From IMG/VR virus record IMGVR_UViG_3300042289_000986, positions 62,001 through 126,000 of that record: a DNA stretch of 64,000 bases; one strand, 5' to 3'. Shown here in pieces: positions 17,927 to 25,462 of the stretch. The position numbers and the translations under genes were made by a program. The notes under the pieces are model-generated. The model searched no databases and had not been told where the DNA came from. It worked only from the letters and a program-made list of their open reading frames with translations. Positions within the stretch are counted from its first letter, which is position 1, and every line of letters begins with the position of its first letter.

Positions 17927-18493
17927 TTATACAATTAAATCACTAACAATCAAAATTAGAGTTTTTGCTCTTGTTTCAAATTCTTCATCAGCACAAGGAG
18001 TTTCCAGTGTGCAATATGGAATGTTTCTTCTTCTCAATGCACGTTCTAAAGTTCCCTTATATGGTTGCTGACCATTTGAAATAACACCTTGATCTGTAAC
18101 ATCCCCATGTGCTTTTACTGCCAGTTGGATTTTACTTTTCATTAAAGCACCTTTTACCTTGTCTTCAATTTCTGGAGAACAATAAGCATAAACTCCATCT
18201 ACTTCATCATCTTCGTGTAAAGAAATAACAAGTGTTGGATTCAGTTCTTCAATTTTAGAAAGAAGTCTGTCTTGTAAATCGTTTTGATCATCAGTGTCAA
18301 AATGACGATTGGGATCTTTTCCATTCAATCTTCTTTTCTTAGTTTTATTTAAATTAGAATAAACCTTGACGTTTGGGAGATTTTTAAAATAGTTTGCAGC
18401 AATATTTCCAGCAGGTTCATCACCATGCAAACCACTAACAATCACAAAAACGTTTGGGTTTAAAAGATTTTCTACTAATGCGTCAAATTTCAC
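17927..18493 (-). CDS. M14-family Zn carboxypeptidase/deacylase (AstE/MpaA-like); start reassigned to GTG 18493
   Basis: GLHGDEPAG, DPNRHF, ISLHED, TLE; TAAGTA 5 nt before GTG. Confidence 0.8.
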   Translation of the reverse strand: MKFDALVENLLNPNVFVIVSGLHGDEPAGNIAANYFKNLPNVKVYSNLNKTKKRRLNGKDPNRHFDTDDQNDLQDRLLSKIEELNPTLVISLHEDDEVDGVYAYCSPEIEDKVKGALMKSKIQLAVKAHGDVTDQGVISNGQQPYKGTLERALRRRNIPYCTLETPCADEEFETRAKTLILIVSDLIV

Positions 18494-18689
18494 TTTAATA
18501 CTTATTTTCTTATAGACAAAAAGCCAAGTTGTGATAAAATAAAAAAAATGAAAAAGTACTGCATATTTCCTGATGAAACTAAAATAGAACTTCATTCAAT
18601 TTTAGATGTAACAGATACACAAACATATATCTGTTATTATGATGAAAATCTTCCACAAACACTTTGGGTTCCGAATGATTTTTTGAGCA

Positions 18690-19703
18690 ATGATTAAACA
18701 CGTTGATGTTATTGTCGGTCTTGCTTGGGGGGATGAAGGCAAGGGTAAAATTTCAAGTGCAATGGCCAAAGACTATGATATGGTCTGTCGTTGGAATGGT
18801 GGACCAAATGCTGGTCATACTGTTTATTTGGATGGGAAAAAATACAAAACCCATCTGATTCCTTCTGGTGTTTTTCATGGAAAGAAATCTGTTATCGGTC
18901 CAAACTGTGTTCTGAATATTGAGAAGTTTTTCAAAGAAATTGAATATCTAAAAGAAAATGGATTCGATACATCTTTGGTAAAAGTTCATCCAAATACTCA
19001 TGTGATTACGGATGCACACATTGAATATGATCTGAAACATTTGAAACCAAAACTTGGAACTACAGGTCAAGGTATTGCTCCTTGTTATGCAGACAAAGCA
19101 AATCGTGTTGGTATTCAGGTTAGTAAAGCAAACTTCAATCCCTTAAAAGATTTTATTTGGGATGGAAAATTAGAAGGAAAAATTCTTTGTGAAGGTGCTC
19201 AAAGTATTTGGTTGGATATCAACTACGGTGATTATCCTTATGTGACAAGCTCTGAAACATTTCCTCACAATGCTTGTTCGCTTGGATTTTCACCCAAGAA
19301 AATTCGTGATATTATTGGTGTCGCTAAAATCTATGATACCAAAAGTGGAGTTGATCCGTTGTTTCCAGAATGTCTTTGGAGTGATGTAAAACTAAACAAG
19401 TTAATTGAACTTGGTCAAGAATTTGGTTCTACTACAGGAAGAAAAAGACTTGTGAATTGGTTGAATTTTGGAAGATTAAACAATGCTATTAATCTTTCAG
19501 GTTCAACCAAAGTAATCATCAATAAGTGTGATGTTTTTGAAAAAGTTGGAATCTTCCGAATTAATAATTTTTACGAAACATCTTTGGAAACAAATTCTTT
19601 TGATCAGTTAAAAGACATCATTAAAAAGTCTTTGGTAAATCAAAACATCAATGGATTAAAACCAAATAATATTATTTTTTCTGGTGATCAGACGAATATT
19701 TAA
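18690..19703 (+). CDS. purA: Adenylosuccinate synthetase (short form)
   Basis: GLAWGDEGKGK, GGPNAGHT, GTTGQGI, EGAQ, YPYVTSS, EFGSTTGRKR. Confidence 0.95.
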   Translation: MIKHVDVIVGLAWGDEGKGKISSAMAKDYDMVCRWNGGPNAGHTVYLDGKKYKTHLIPSGVFHGKKSVIGPNCVLNIEKFFKEIEYLKENGFDTSLVKVHPNTHVITDAHIEYDLKHLKPKLGTTGQGIAPCYADKANRVGIQVSKANFNPLKDFIWDGKLEGKILCEGAQSIWLDINYGDYPYVTSSETFPHNACSLGFSPKKIRDIIGVAKIYDTKSGVDPLFPECLWSDVKLNKLIELGQEFGSTTGRKRLVNWLNFGRLNNAINLSGSTKVIINKCDVFEKVGIFRINNFYETSLETNSFDQLKDIIKKSLVNQNINGLKPNNIIFSGDQTNI

Positions 19704-19704
19704 A

Positions 19705-20196
19705 TTAATCTTCAAAAAAACTTCCGTGCATATCCCATGCTATTTTGTCTAGTGCTGTTGAATCCATTTTTATAAAACTAGTGTTTTTTAACAAATCAAC
19801 TAAAAGCTTTTGAATTAACTCAAACTCATTGTCTAAATTTTCATAGGGAGATAATGAATATTTTTTAGAGTAATATTCTAAGACATTAGGATTTTTAAAT
19901 GCTCTATCAATAAATTTATCTAAAAGTTTTTTTGCAATTACATCCAGATTATCGCCTTCTTCGGTAAGAAAATTTTGATATCCGAACATAACAGATGGAT
20001 TTAAAACGGCTTCGTTAGAATCGTTTTCTTCCTCACGATCATCTTGCTGTGTATATAAGTTCGACTTATCGAGTTTATCTAAATTTCCTGCCGACATTTT
20101 CATATCCGAATCGGGTAATTCTTCGTTTGTATTAACAACTTCTTTTAAAACTTTTTGATAAGCATCTTCTAATAAAATTTGATCTTTGCTTTTCAT
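19705..20196 (-). CDS. Acidic protein with KDQxLLExAY leader
   Basis: MKSKDQILLEDAYQKVLKE; TAAATA upstream. Confidence 0.65.
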   Translation of the reverse strand: MKSKDQILLEDAYQKVLKEVVNTNEELPDSDMKMSAGNLDKLDKSNLYTQQDDREEENDSNEAVLNPSVMFGYQNFLTEEGDNLDVIAKKLLDKFIDRAFKNPNVLEYYSKKYSLSPYENLDNEFELIQKLLVDLLKNTSFIKMDSTALDKIAWDMHGSFFED

Positions 20197-20231
20197 TATG
20201 ATATATTTACTCCAAATTTAATCAATTTAAT

Positions 20232-20444
20232 ATGATAAATATGAATATAGTGAACGTGGCAGATACTTCTTTATATAAAGAATTCTTAGCAATGAGAGAA
20301 GAAGTCATGAAACACAAGTGGTATGAATCCGAAAAAGCTGGATATGATATCGGCTTCGCAAGAGCAGTGATTGATTGGACAATGAGGTTTAAAACTCAGT
20401 GGATTAAAAATAGAAAAAAAAAAATTAAGATTCTTTGTATCTAG
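20232..20444 (+). CDS. DUF4032-like small protein
   Basis: SLYKEFLAMREEVMKHKWYESEKAGYDIGF..AVIDW. Confidence 0.7.
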   Translation: MINMNIVNVADTSLYKEFLAMREEVMKHKWYESEKAGYDIGFARAVIDWTMRFKTQWIKNRKKKIKILCI

Positions 20445-20700
20445 GTGAATGGGAAAGATCAATTATAATTTCTCGCATTTTATCAAATTTTTGATATAAT
20501 GGCTTGAGATCTTCAGAAGTAAAAGCATCTTTTAAGTTTTGATCGTTTAAAAGAGACTCTACTGTATTTAAAGCTTTAAAAAAAGCTTCTTTAGCAAGTC
20601 TTTTTGATCTAGCTTTTCTTAAAAAATAATCGGAACTATATTCTTTTAATATTTCATTTTCATATGCTTCGGATAACATATTTAAATCTTTTCTATTCAT
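20425..20700 (-). CDS. Small protein with KDxxxLxEAY leader
   Basis: MNRKDLNMLSEAYENEILKE; TAAATA upstream. Confidence 0.55.
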   Translation of the reverse strand: MNRKDLNMLSEAYENEILKEYSSDYFLRKARSKRLAKEAFFKALNTVESLLNDQNLKDAFTSEDLKPLYQKFDKMREIIIDLSHSPRYKES

Positions 20701-20759
20701 TATTTAATATTTACAAAAAATACTTGTATCTTTTTAAAAATATGCCATAATTATATTCT

Positions 20760-21287
20760 ATGGTTAAAACATATATCAAACTAATGGTAGTTGGAATTAT
20801 TGCATTGACTTCTACAGTCATGGCTGGTTCTGACTTGAAATCAAGCAAAGAAGTCGTTGTAGATTCTTGCCGCTTTCGCAGCAATGAACTCCAATTAGAC
20901 CTCTTTGGTTCTGGTGCGTTCTATAAGCAAGGTAAACCTGCTTGGGGTGGTGGCGTTGGTGTCAACTACTTCTTCCTCAAGTATGTTGGACTTGGCGTAG
21001 AACAAACCTTGGTTGGTCGTGAAGATGTTGCTGAATGGGGAACATTCGGTAACTTGTTTCTTCGCTATCCAATCTGTTCTTGGAACGTAGCACCTTATGC
21101 CGTTGCTGGTCTTGGTGCTCTCTACGGACAAACCAAAGCAATCCTTGCTGGAACTGTTGGTGGCGGTCTTGAGTATCGCATCACTGACAATATTGGCATC
21201 TTTGCAGATGCTCGTTGGCTTTACAATGCCAACGTCAGCAACAGTGGAGCAGTTGTTGCTCGCACTGGTATCAAATTTGCTTTTTAA
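20760..21287 (+). CDS. Small outer-membrane beta-barrel (OmpA/OmpW/Ail-like)
   Basis: Sec signal (..VMA-G), amphipathic strands GGGVGVNYF, PYAVAGLG, VGGGLEYR, terminal GIKFAF. Confidence 0.85.
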   Translation: MVKTYIKLMVVGIIALTSTVMAGSDLKSSKEVVVDSCRFRSNELQLDLFGSGAFYKQGKPAWGGGVGVNYFFLKYVGLGVEQTLVGREDVAEWGTFGNLFLRYPICSWNVAPYAVAGLGALYGQTKAILAGTVGGGLEYRITDNIGIFADARWLYNANVSNSGAVVARTGIKFAF

Positions 21288-21300
21288 TTAAAGTAAATCA

Positions 21301-21371
21301 TGGCTCGTAGTGTAACGGTAACACCAGAGAATTTGGATCTCTTATTCATAGTTCGAATCTATGCGAGCCAG
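21301..21371 (+). tRNA. tRNA-Gln(TTG)
   Basis: TGGCTCG/CGAGCCA; AGAGA-AT-TTG-GA-TCTCT. Confidence 0.88.
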
Positions 21372-21375
21372 TTTT

Positions 21376-21458
21376 GGGTAAGCGGTAACGTTGGAGAGTT
21401 ACTTCAGACTGTAAATCTGACGCCATTGGCTTAGTAGGTTCGAATCCTTCCTTACCCA
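21376..21458 (+). tRNA. tRNA-Tyr(GTA)
   Basis: TCAGA-CT-GTA-AA-TCTGA; V-arm GCC/GGC. Confidence 0.92.
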
Positions 21459-21475
21459 TTTTCTTTGAAATTTTA

Positions 21476-21566
21476 GCTGGATTAGTGTAACTGGAAGCAC
21501 CGACAGTTTTATAAACTGTGTGCCCTAGATGAGGGCCGAGCGCGGGTTCAATTCCCGCATCCAGCA
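21476..21566 (+). tRNA. tRNA with TAT (Ile) anticodon and long variable arm
   Basis: GCTGGAT/ATCCAGC; ACAGT-TT-TAT-AA-ACTGT; V-arm GCCCT-AGATG-AGGGC; A73. Confidence 0.85.
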
Positions 21567-21572
21567 TTTTTC

Positions 21573-21592
21573 GCACAGTTAGCTCAGTGGTA
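21573..21592 (+). pseudogene. 5' fragment of a tRNA gene, truncated by the HNH gene
   Basis: GCACAGT-TAGCTCAGTGGTA after the usual T-rich spacer, no continuation. Confidence 0.7.
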
Positions 21593-21998
21593 TGTTTAAA
21601 TTCTTAATCCTATATCTTTTCTTATATGTGGATCTTTTAGAATTTTTTCTGTTTCTGCTACAATAAGTGTCTGTCTGTGAATGACAATTTGGACAAAGCA
21701 ATCTAATATTATTAGGATAGTTATTATCGGAATTACCATCAATATGATCTAAATGTAATGATATGTCTTTATTTTTCCAATTTGATATTTCACAAACCTC
21801 ACATTTATATCCTCTTTTAAATTGTAAAAATTTTTTTAAAGTAGCAGCTTGTGAACATTTATTAGATTCTATTTTAGGAATAGTTATATTGTTAAATGTA
21901 TAGTTTCCTTGACAAGTATTGTTACAATACTTTCCAAAACTTTTACTTTCATCGTATTTTATTTCTTTTTTACAGTTTAAACAAAAAGAAGTTTTCAT
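21579..21998 (-). CDS. HNH homing endonuclease
   Basis: CLNC..CNNTC; CEVC..LHLDHIDGN..N...NIRLLCPNCHSQT. Confidence 0.9.
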   Translation of the reverse strand: MKTSFCLNCKKEIKYDESKSFGKYCNNTCQGNYTFNNITIPKIESNKCSQAATLKKFLQFKRGYKCEVCEISNWKNKDISLHLDHIDGNSDNNYPNNIRLLCPNCHSQTDTYCSRNRKNSKRSTYKKRYRIKNLNIPLS

Positions 21999-22004
21999 AT
22001 ATCA

Positions 22005-22048
22005 TATTTATCCGAGCTATTATACATAAATAAGAGGTCGGATAAATA
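22005..22048. repeat. Inverted repeat carrying outward-facing TAAATA boxes
   Basis: TATTTATCCGA ... TCGGATAAATA (11-bp perfect arms). Confidence 0.7.
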
Positions 22049-22093
22049 AAATATAGTTGATTAATAAGATATTTTAATATAATATATAAATAT

Positions 22094-22167
22094 GGGAGGT
22101 TGTTGTAATGGTAGCGATTCGCATTTACACTGCGACAGCAAAGGTTCGATTCCTTTACCTCCTACCA
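22094..22167 (+). tRNA. tRNA-Val(TAC)
   Basis: TCGCA-TT-TAC-AC-TGCGA; ACCA end. Confidence 0.88.
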
Positions 22168-22170
22168 TTT

Positions 22171-22241
22171 GGGGGATTAGTTAAGTGGTATAACTCCTGA
22201 TTTGCATTCAGGTGTCACCAGTTCGACTCTGGTATCCTCCA
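22171..22241 (+). tRNA. tRNA-Ala(TGC)
   Basis: G3.U70; CCTGA-TT-TGC-AT-TCAGG. Confidence 0.92.
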
Positions 22242-22284
22242 CTTTTTTCTTGTCATTATTTAAACATCTGCTAGACTTAAAAAT

Positions 22285-22572
22285 ATGAATTCTTATATCA
22301 CCGAATTTTTTGGAATATTGATGATGCTTAGTTTTATGCTTTGTTATATTCCACAAATTGTTAAAATTTATAAAAACAAATCATCAGAAGATGTTTCTCT
22401 GATGTTAATTTTAATGTCTATTGTTGGTTATATCTCAGGGATGATTTATATGTTTTTAACTGCTTTTGGTCTTTGGTGGTTTTTAAATTATTGTGTGGGT
22501 TTGATCATGTGTTCTATACTTGTTTATGCATGGTTTAAATTTAAAAAAGATAAAGATTACGATTCTTATTAA
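22285..22572 (+). CDS. PQ-loop / SemiSWEET-like 3-TM transporter
   Basis: YIPQIVKIYKNKSSEDVS; three TM helices; Asn in TM3. Confidence 0.8.
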   Translation: MNSYITEFFGILMMLSFMLCYIPQIVKIYKNKSSEDVSLMLILMSIVGYISGMIYMFLTAFGLWWFLNYCVGLIMCSILVYAWFKFKKDKDYDSY

Positions 22573-22574
22573 AA

Positions 22575-22973
22575 ATGAAAAAAGTAATCACTGTAGATTT
22601 TGATGATACTTTAGCTGCTACAGAAGATGGTGCTTGGTATAGCACAAGCTTGGTGCCGATTCCAAGAATTCTAAATTTTGTTAAACAAAAACATAAAGAA
22701 GGATACGAAATCCATATTGTAACTTTTAGAAATTGGCAAAACAAAGCAGACGTTGAAAGGTTTTGTCAAATACACAAACTACCAATTTCATCTATTGTCT
22801 GCACAGAAGGAACAAACAAAGTTCCCTTTTTAAAGAAACTTAATAGTGAACTTCATGTTGATGATAGTGTAGAAGTTTGTACGCTATGTATAATGGCAAA
22901 AATTGATATTTTGCTTGTTGATTGGGGACAAGATGAACACAACACTACTGCTAAATTTATGCCAAAAATTTAA
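22575..22973 (+). CDS. HAD-superfamily phosphatase
   Basis: DFDDTL, IVT, K, HVDD. Confidence 0.8.
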   Translation: MKKVITVDFDDTLAATEDGAWYSTSLVPIPRILNFVKQKHKEGYEIHIVTFRNWQNKADVERFCQIHKLPISSIVCTEGTNKVPFLKKLNSELHVDDSVEVCTLCIMAKIDILLVDWGQDEHNTTAKFMPKI

Positions 22974-23065
22974 ACAAAAGATACCATATCAAGAAAGCTA
23001 ATATATAGTATCTCACAAAAATATTTATTTGCATTTGCCAATTAAAGTGTTATATTTTTAGTACT

Positions 23066-23356
23066 ATGATTAAAACTGTACAAAAGAAAGAAGAGTTCTT
23101 CATCGAATTTACAGATGAAGAAATGAATGAATTGGGGTTTAAACCTAATACAAAATTCACAGTAGAATTAAGTGAAGACAAAAGTGGTTTAAAGTTAATT
23201 CCCCACGAAGAAATTGATATCGATCTTAATGAATTTTCAAAAGAAGATTTAATTAATATTATTGTTGCTGCAAATAAGGTAGATATGACTTTTGAAGATT
23301 TTGTTGTTGACTCTTTGACAAAATTCTGTGAAGCTCATAAAGAAGAAGAAGACTAA
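23066..23356 (+). CDS. AbrB/MazE-like DNA-binding protein
   Basis: FFIEFTDEEMNELGFKPNTKFTVE pattern. Confidence 0.5.
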   Translation: MIKTVQKKEEFFIEFTDEEMNELGFKPNTKFTVELSEDKSGLKLIPHEEIDIDLNEFSKEDLINIIVAANKVDMTFEDFVVDSLTKFCEAHKEEED

Positions 23357-23359
23357 AAT

Positions 23360-23734
23360 ATGTTAGTAGTCAAAAACAAATTGGCTCCTAGTTCTATACA
23401 TGGATTGGGTGTTTTTGCGGAAGAATTTATTCCTTCTGGTTCGGTTATATGGAAATGGTATAATGGTATAGATGGTAAAACAACTATTGAAACTATAAAA
23501 TCTTTACCAATAGCTTGTCGGGATTTTTTTAAAGTTTATGGTTGGTCTGAAAATGGTATATACAAATATTGTATAGATAATCAAAAATATATAAATCATT
23601 CCGATACACCGAATTGTATTCTTATTGATGGTGGAAATACAGGAATAGCAAATAAAAATATTGACGTTGGAGAAGAAATCACAGAAGATTATAAATCATT
23701 CGTTGATAATTTTGATATAAAAGATTTTAAATAA
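23360..23734 (+). CDS. SET-domain protein-lysine methyltransferase
   Basis: SSIHGLGVFA, YINHSDTPNC, ANKNIDVGEEITEDY. Confidence 0.9.
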   Translation: MLVVKNKLAPSSIHGLGVFAEEFIPSGSVIWKWYNGIDGKTTIETIKSLPIACRDFFKVYGWSENGIYKYCIDNQKYINHSDTPNCILIDGGNTGIANKNIDVGEEITEDYKSFVDNFDIKDFK

Positions 23735-23736
23735 TT

Positions 23737-24423
23737 ATGAAAGGTTTATTTTACGGTTCTGTTCGCCAAGAAGCAAAAAACCACGAAATTTTATTCTGGG
23801 GTTGCTTGCACTGGCATCACAATCCAAAGTGGGATATCCCCATTTGGAAACGTAGAGGATTTGAGTCCGTACAAGAACACGACGAAGCTATTGTTTTAAA
23901 TTGGAATAGTAAAGCAACAGATAAAACAATTGGATTTATTCTTGGTGACACCATGTTTGGATATGGTGGTCAAGAAGAATTCACGAAACTCATGCGCCGT
24001 TTAAAGTTTCAGCGTTTGTTTATCATGTCTGGTAATCACACGGCAGGATGGAAACAATCATTTGAAAGTATCAAAGATAATACACTTTATATTGATGGAT
24101 ATCATAAAGAAGTAATATTTGTTCCAAATTATTTGGAAGCATATATTAACGGTCAGCCTATTGTCATGTGCCACTATCCAATTTTGTCTTGGAACGGAGC
24201 AGGAAAAGGTTCGTGGATGCTTTTTAGTCATGTTCATGGTTCACTTGTAAACAGTGAGCTTGGACGTATGTATTTGAAAGATGGAGGTTGTAACTTGGAA
24301 GTTTCCGTAGAAGCAACAAAATTTCCTTTGACTTATGGTGAAATTGGTGCTATTATGAAAACTAAATCTAAATTTAAAACAGATCATCATGACGAAAAGG
24401 CATCGACCCCATTTAGTTATTAA
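23737..24423 (+). CDS. Calcineurin-like phosphoesterase (first-motif Asp replaced by Cys)
   Basis: GCLHWHH, LGD, GNH, CHYP, SHVH. Confidence 0.75.
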   Translation: MKGLFYGSVRQEAKNHEILFWGCLHWHHNPKWDIPIWKRRGFESVQEHDEAIVLNWNSKATDKTIGFILGDTMFGYGGQEEFTKLMRRLKFQRLFIMSGNHTAGWKQSFESIKDNTLYIDGYHKEVIFVPNYLEAYINGQPIVMCHYPILSWNGAGKGSWMLFSHVHGSLVNSELGRMYLKDGGCNLEVSVEATKFPLTYGEIGAIMKTKSKFKTDHHDEKASTPFSY

Positions 24424-24686
24424 TATGATAATATACATAGGAAAAACAACAATTTATTTTGCTACAAATGTAAAATTTTTAAAATTTGCTTGGTTTCCAA
24501 GATGTTCTTACTTTGATGGCGGTTCTTATTTCAAATTAAGTTTTTATTGGTTTCAATCTTTGATTGAGTTTTCCAGAACAAAAAAAAATAAATGTGTTTA
24601 CAAAAAAATTTCTTTTGAAGAAATGGAAGAAATTTTGAAAAAAGATTTTGAAAAAGAAAAACAAAAAAATGAAAGGATTCTGTTAA

Positions 24687-25175
24687 ATGAATAAAGAATT
24701 AGAATTAAAGTTGGTAGAAAAATATCCTAAAATTCTTTTTGATTATGGTGGAGATATGAAAAAAACTTGTATGCATTGGGGAATGGAATGTTGTGATGGA
24801 TGGTACGATCTTTTAGACGAATTATTGGCTAAACTTGATTATATATCTAAACATTCGGGTGTTCAGGTTGTAGCAGATCAAATTAAAGAAAAATTTGGAA
24901 CATTAAGATTTTATTACTCAACGATTATTAAAACCGATTTTAACGTAGAACCTGTTGTTGATAAAATAATTTCAGATGTTGTTAATGCTGCTGAACGTCA
25001 ATCAGCTTATGTTTGTGAAAAATCTGGTAAAAGGGGTGTAACTTGTTCTAGTGTGGGTTGGTTGAGAACTCTATGTAAAGAAGAGGCAGATAAAGACGGC
25101 TATATCCCAATCAATCCACGCGATGCAAAATATTGGGATGAACTAAATAGTAAAAAGAATGATAAAGATCATTAA
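24687..25175 (+). CDS. Conserved phage hypothetical protein
   Basis: GW..L, QIKEKFGTLRFY, CEKSG, GWLRTLC. Confidence 0.65.
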   Translation: MNKELELKLVEKYPKILFDYGGDMKKTCMHWGMECCDGWYDLLDELLAKLDYISKHSGVQVVADQIKEKFGTLRFYYSTIIKTDFNVEPVVDKIISDVVNAAERQSAYVCEKSGKRGVTCSSVGWLRTLCKEEADKDGYIPINPRDAKYWDELNSKKNDKDH

Positions 25176-25461
25176 TATTATAGTTTGTGTACTTTTAACA
25201 TCATGCACTTATAATGATATGAGAAAGTTGTTTATTGATAGACCAGATTCTTATACTAAATTTTCTGGTAATTTTAATTACACCAAAGAACAAACTGAAA
25301 AAGCTAAAAATCAAATTGGTGTAAATTTCAAAAAACCATTGCACGAAACTAAAGATAAAAAAAAGCTTTATTACGTTGGTGGTAGCGTATATCACAACTA
25401 TGATTATTTTAACAGGTCTTATCATGTTAACGGGTTTGGACAATTAGGAATGGAGTTTTAA
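25159..25461 (+). CDS. Lipoprotein with beta-signal-like C-terminus
   Basis: LLTS-C lipobox; ends GQLGMEF. Confidence 0.5.
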   Translation: MIKIINIIVCVLLTSCTYNDMRKLFIDRPDSYTKFSGNFNYTKEQTEKAKNQIGVNFKKPLHETKDKKKLYYVGGSVYHNYDYFNRSYHVNGFGQLGMEF

Positions 25462-25462
25462 T

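Noticed and set aside
18494-18595. Hydrophobic N-terminal extension of the M14 peptidase as a signal anchor
   Set aside because: Overlaps a plus-strand small ORF (18548-18697) and promoter DNA; GTG 18493 fits the genome's promoter-to-start spacing
18690-19703. PurZ (2-aminoadenine DNA)
   Set aside because: Retains the PurA catalytic Asp in GDEGKG; PurZ has Ser at this position
21346-21576. 76-aa minus-strand ORF
   Set aside because: Antisense shadow of three tRNA genes
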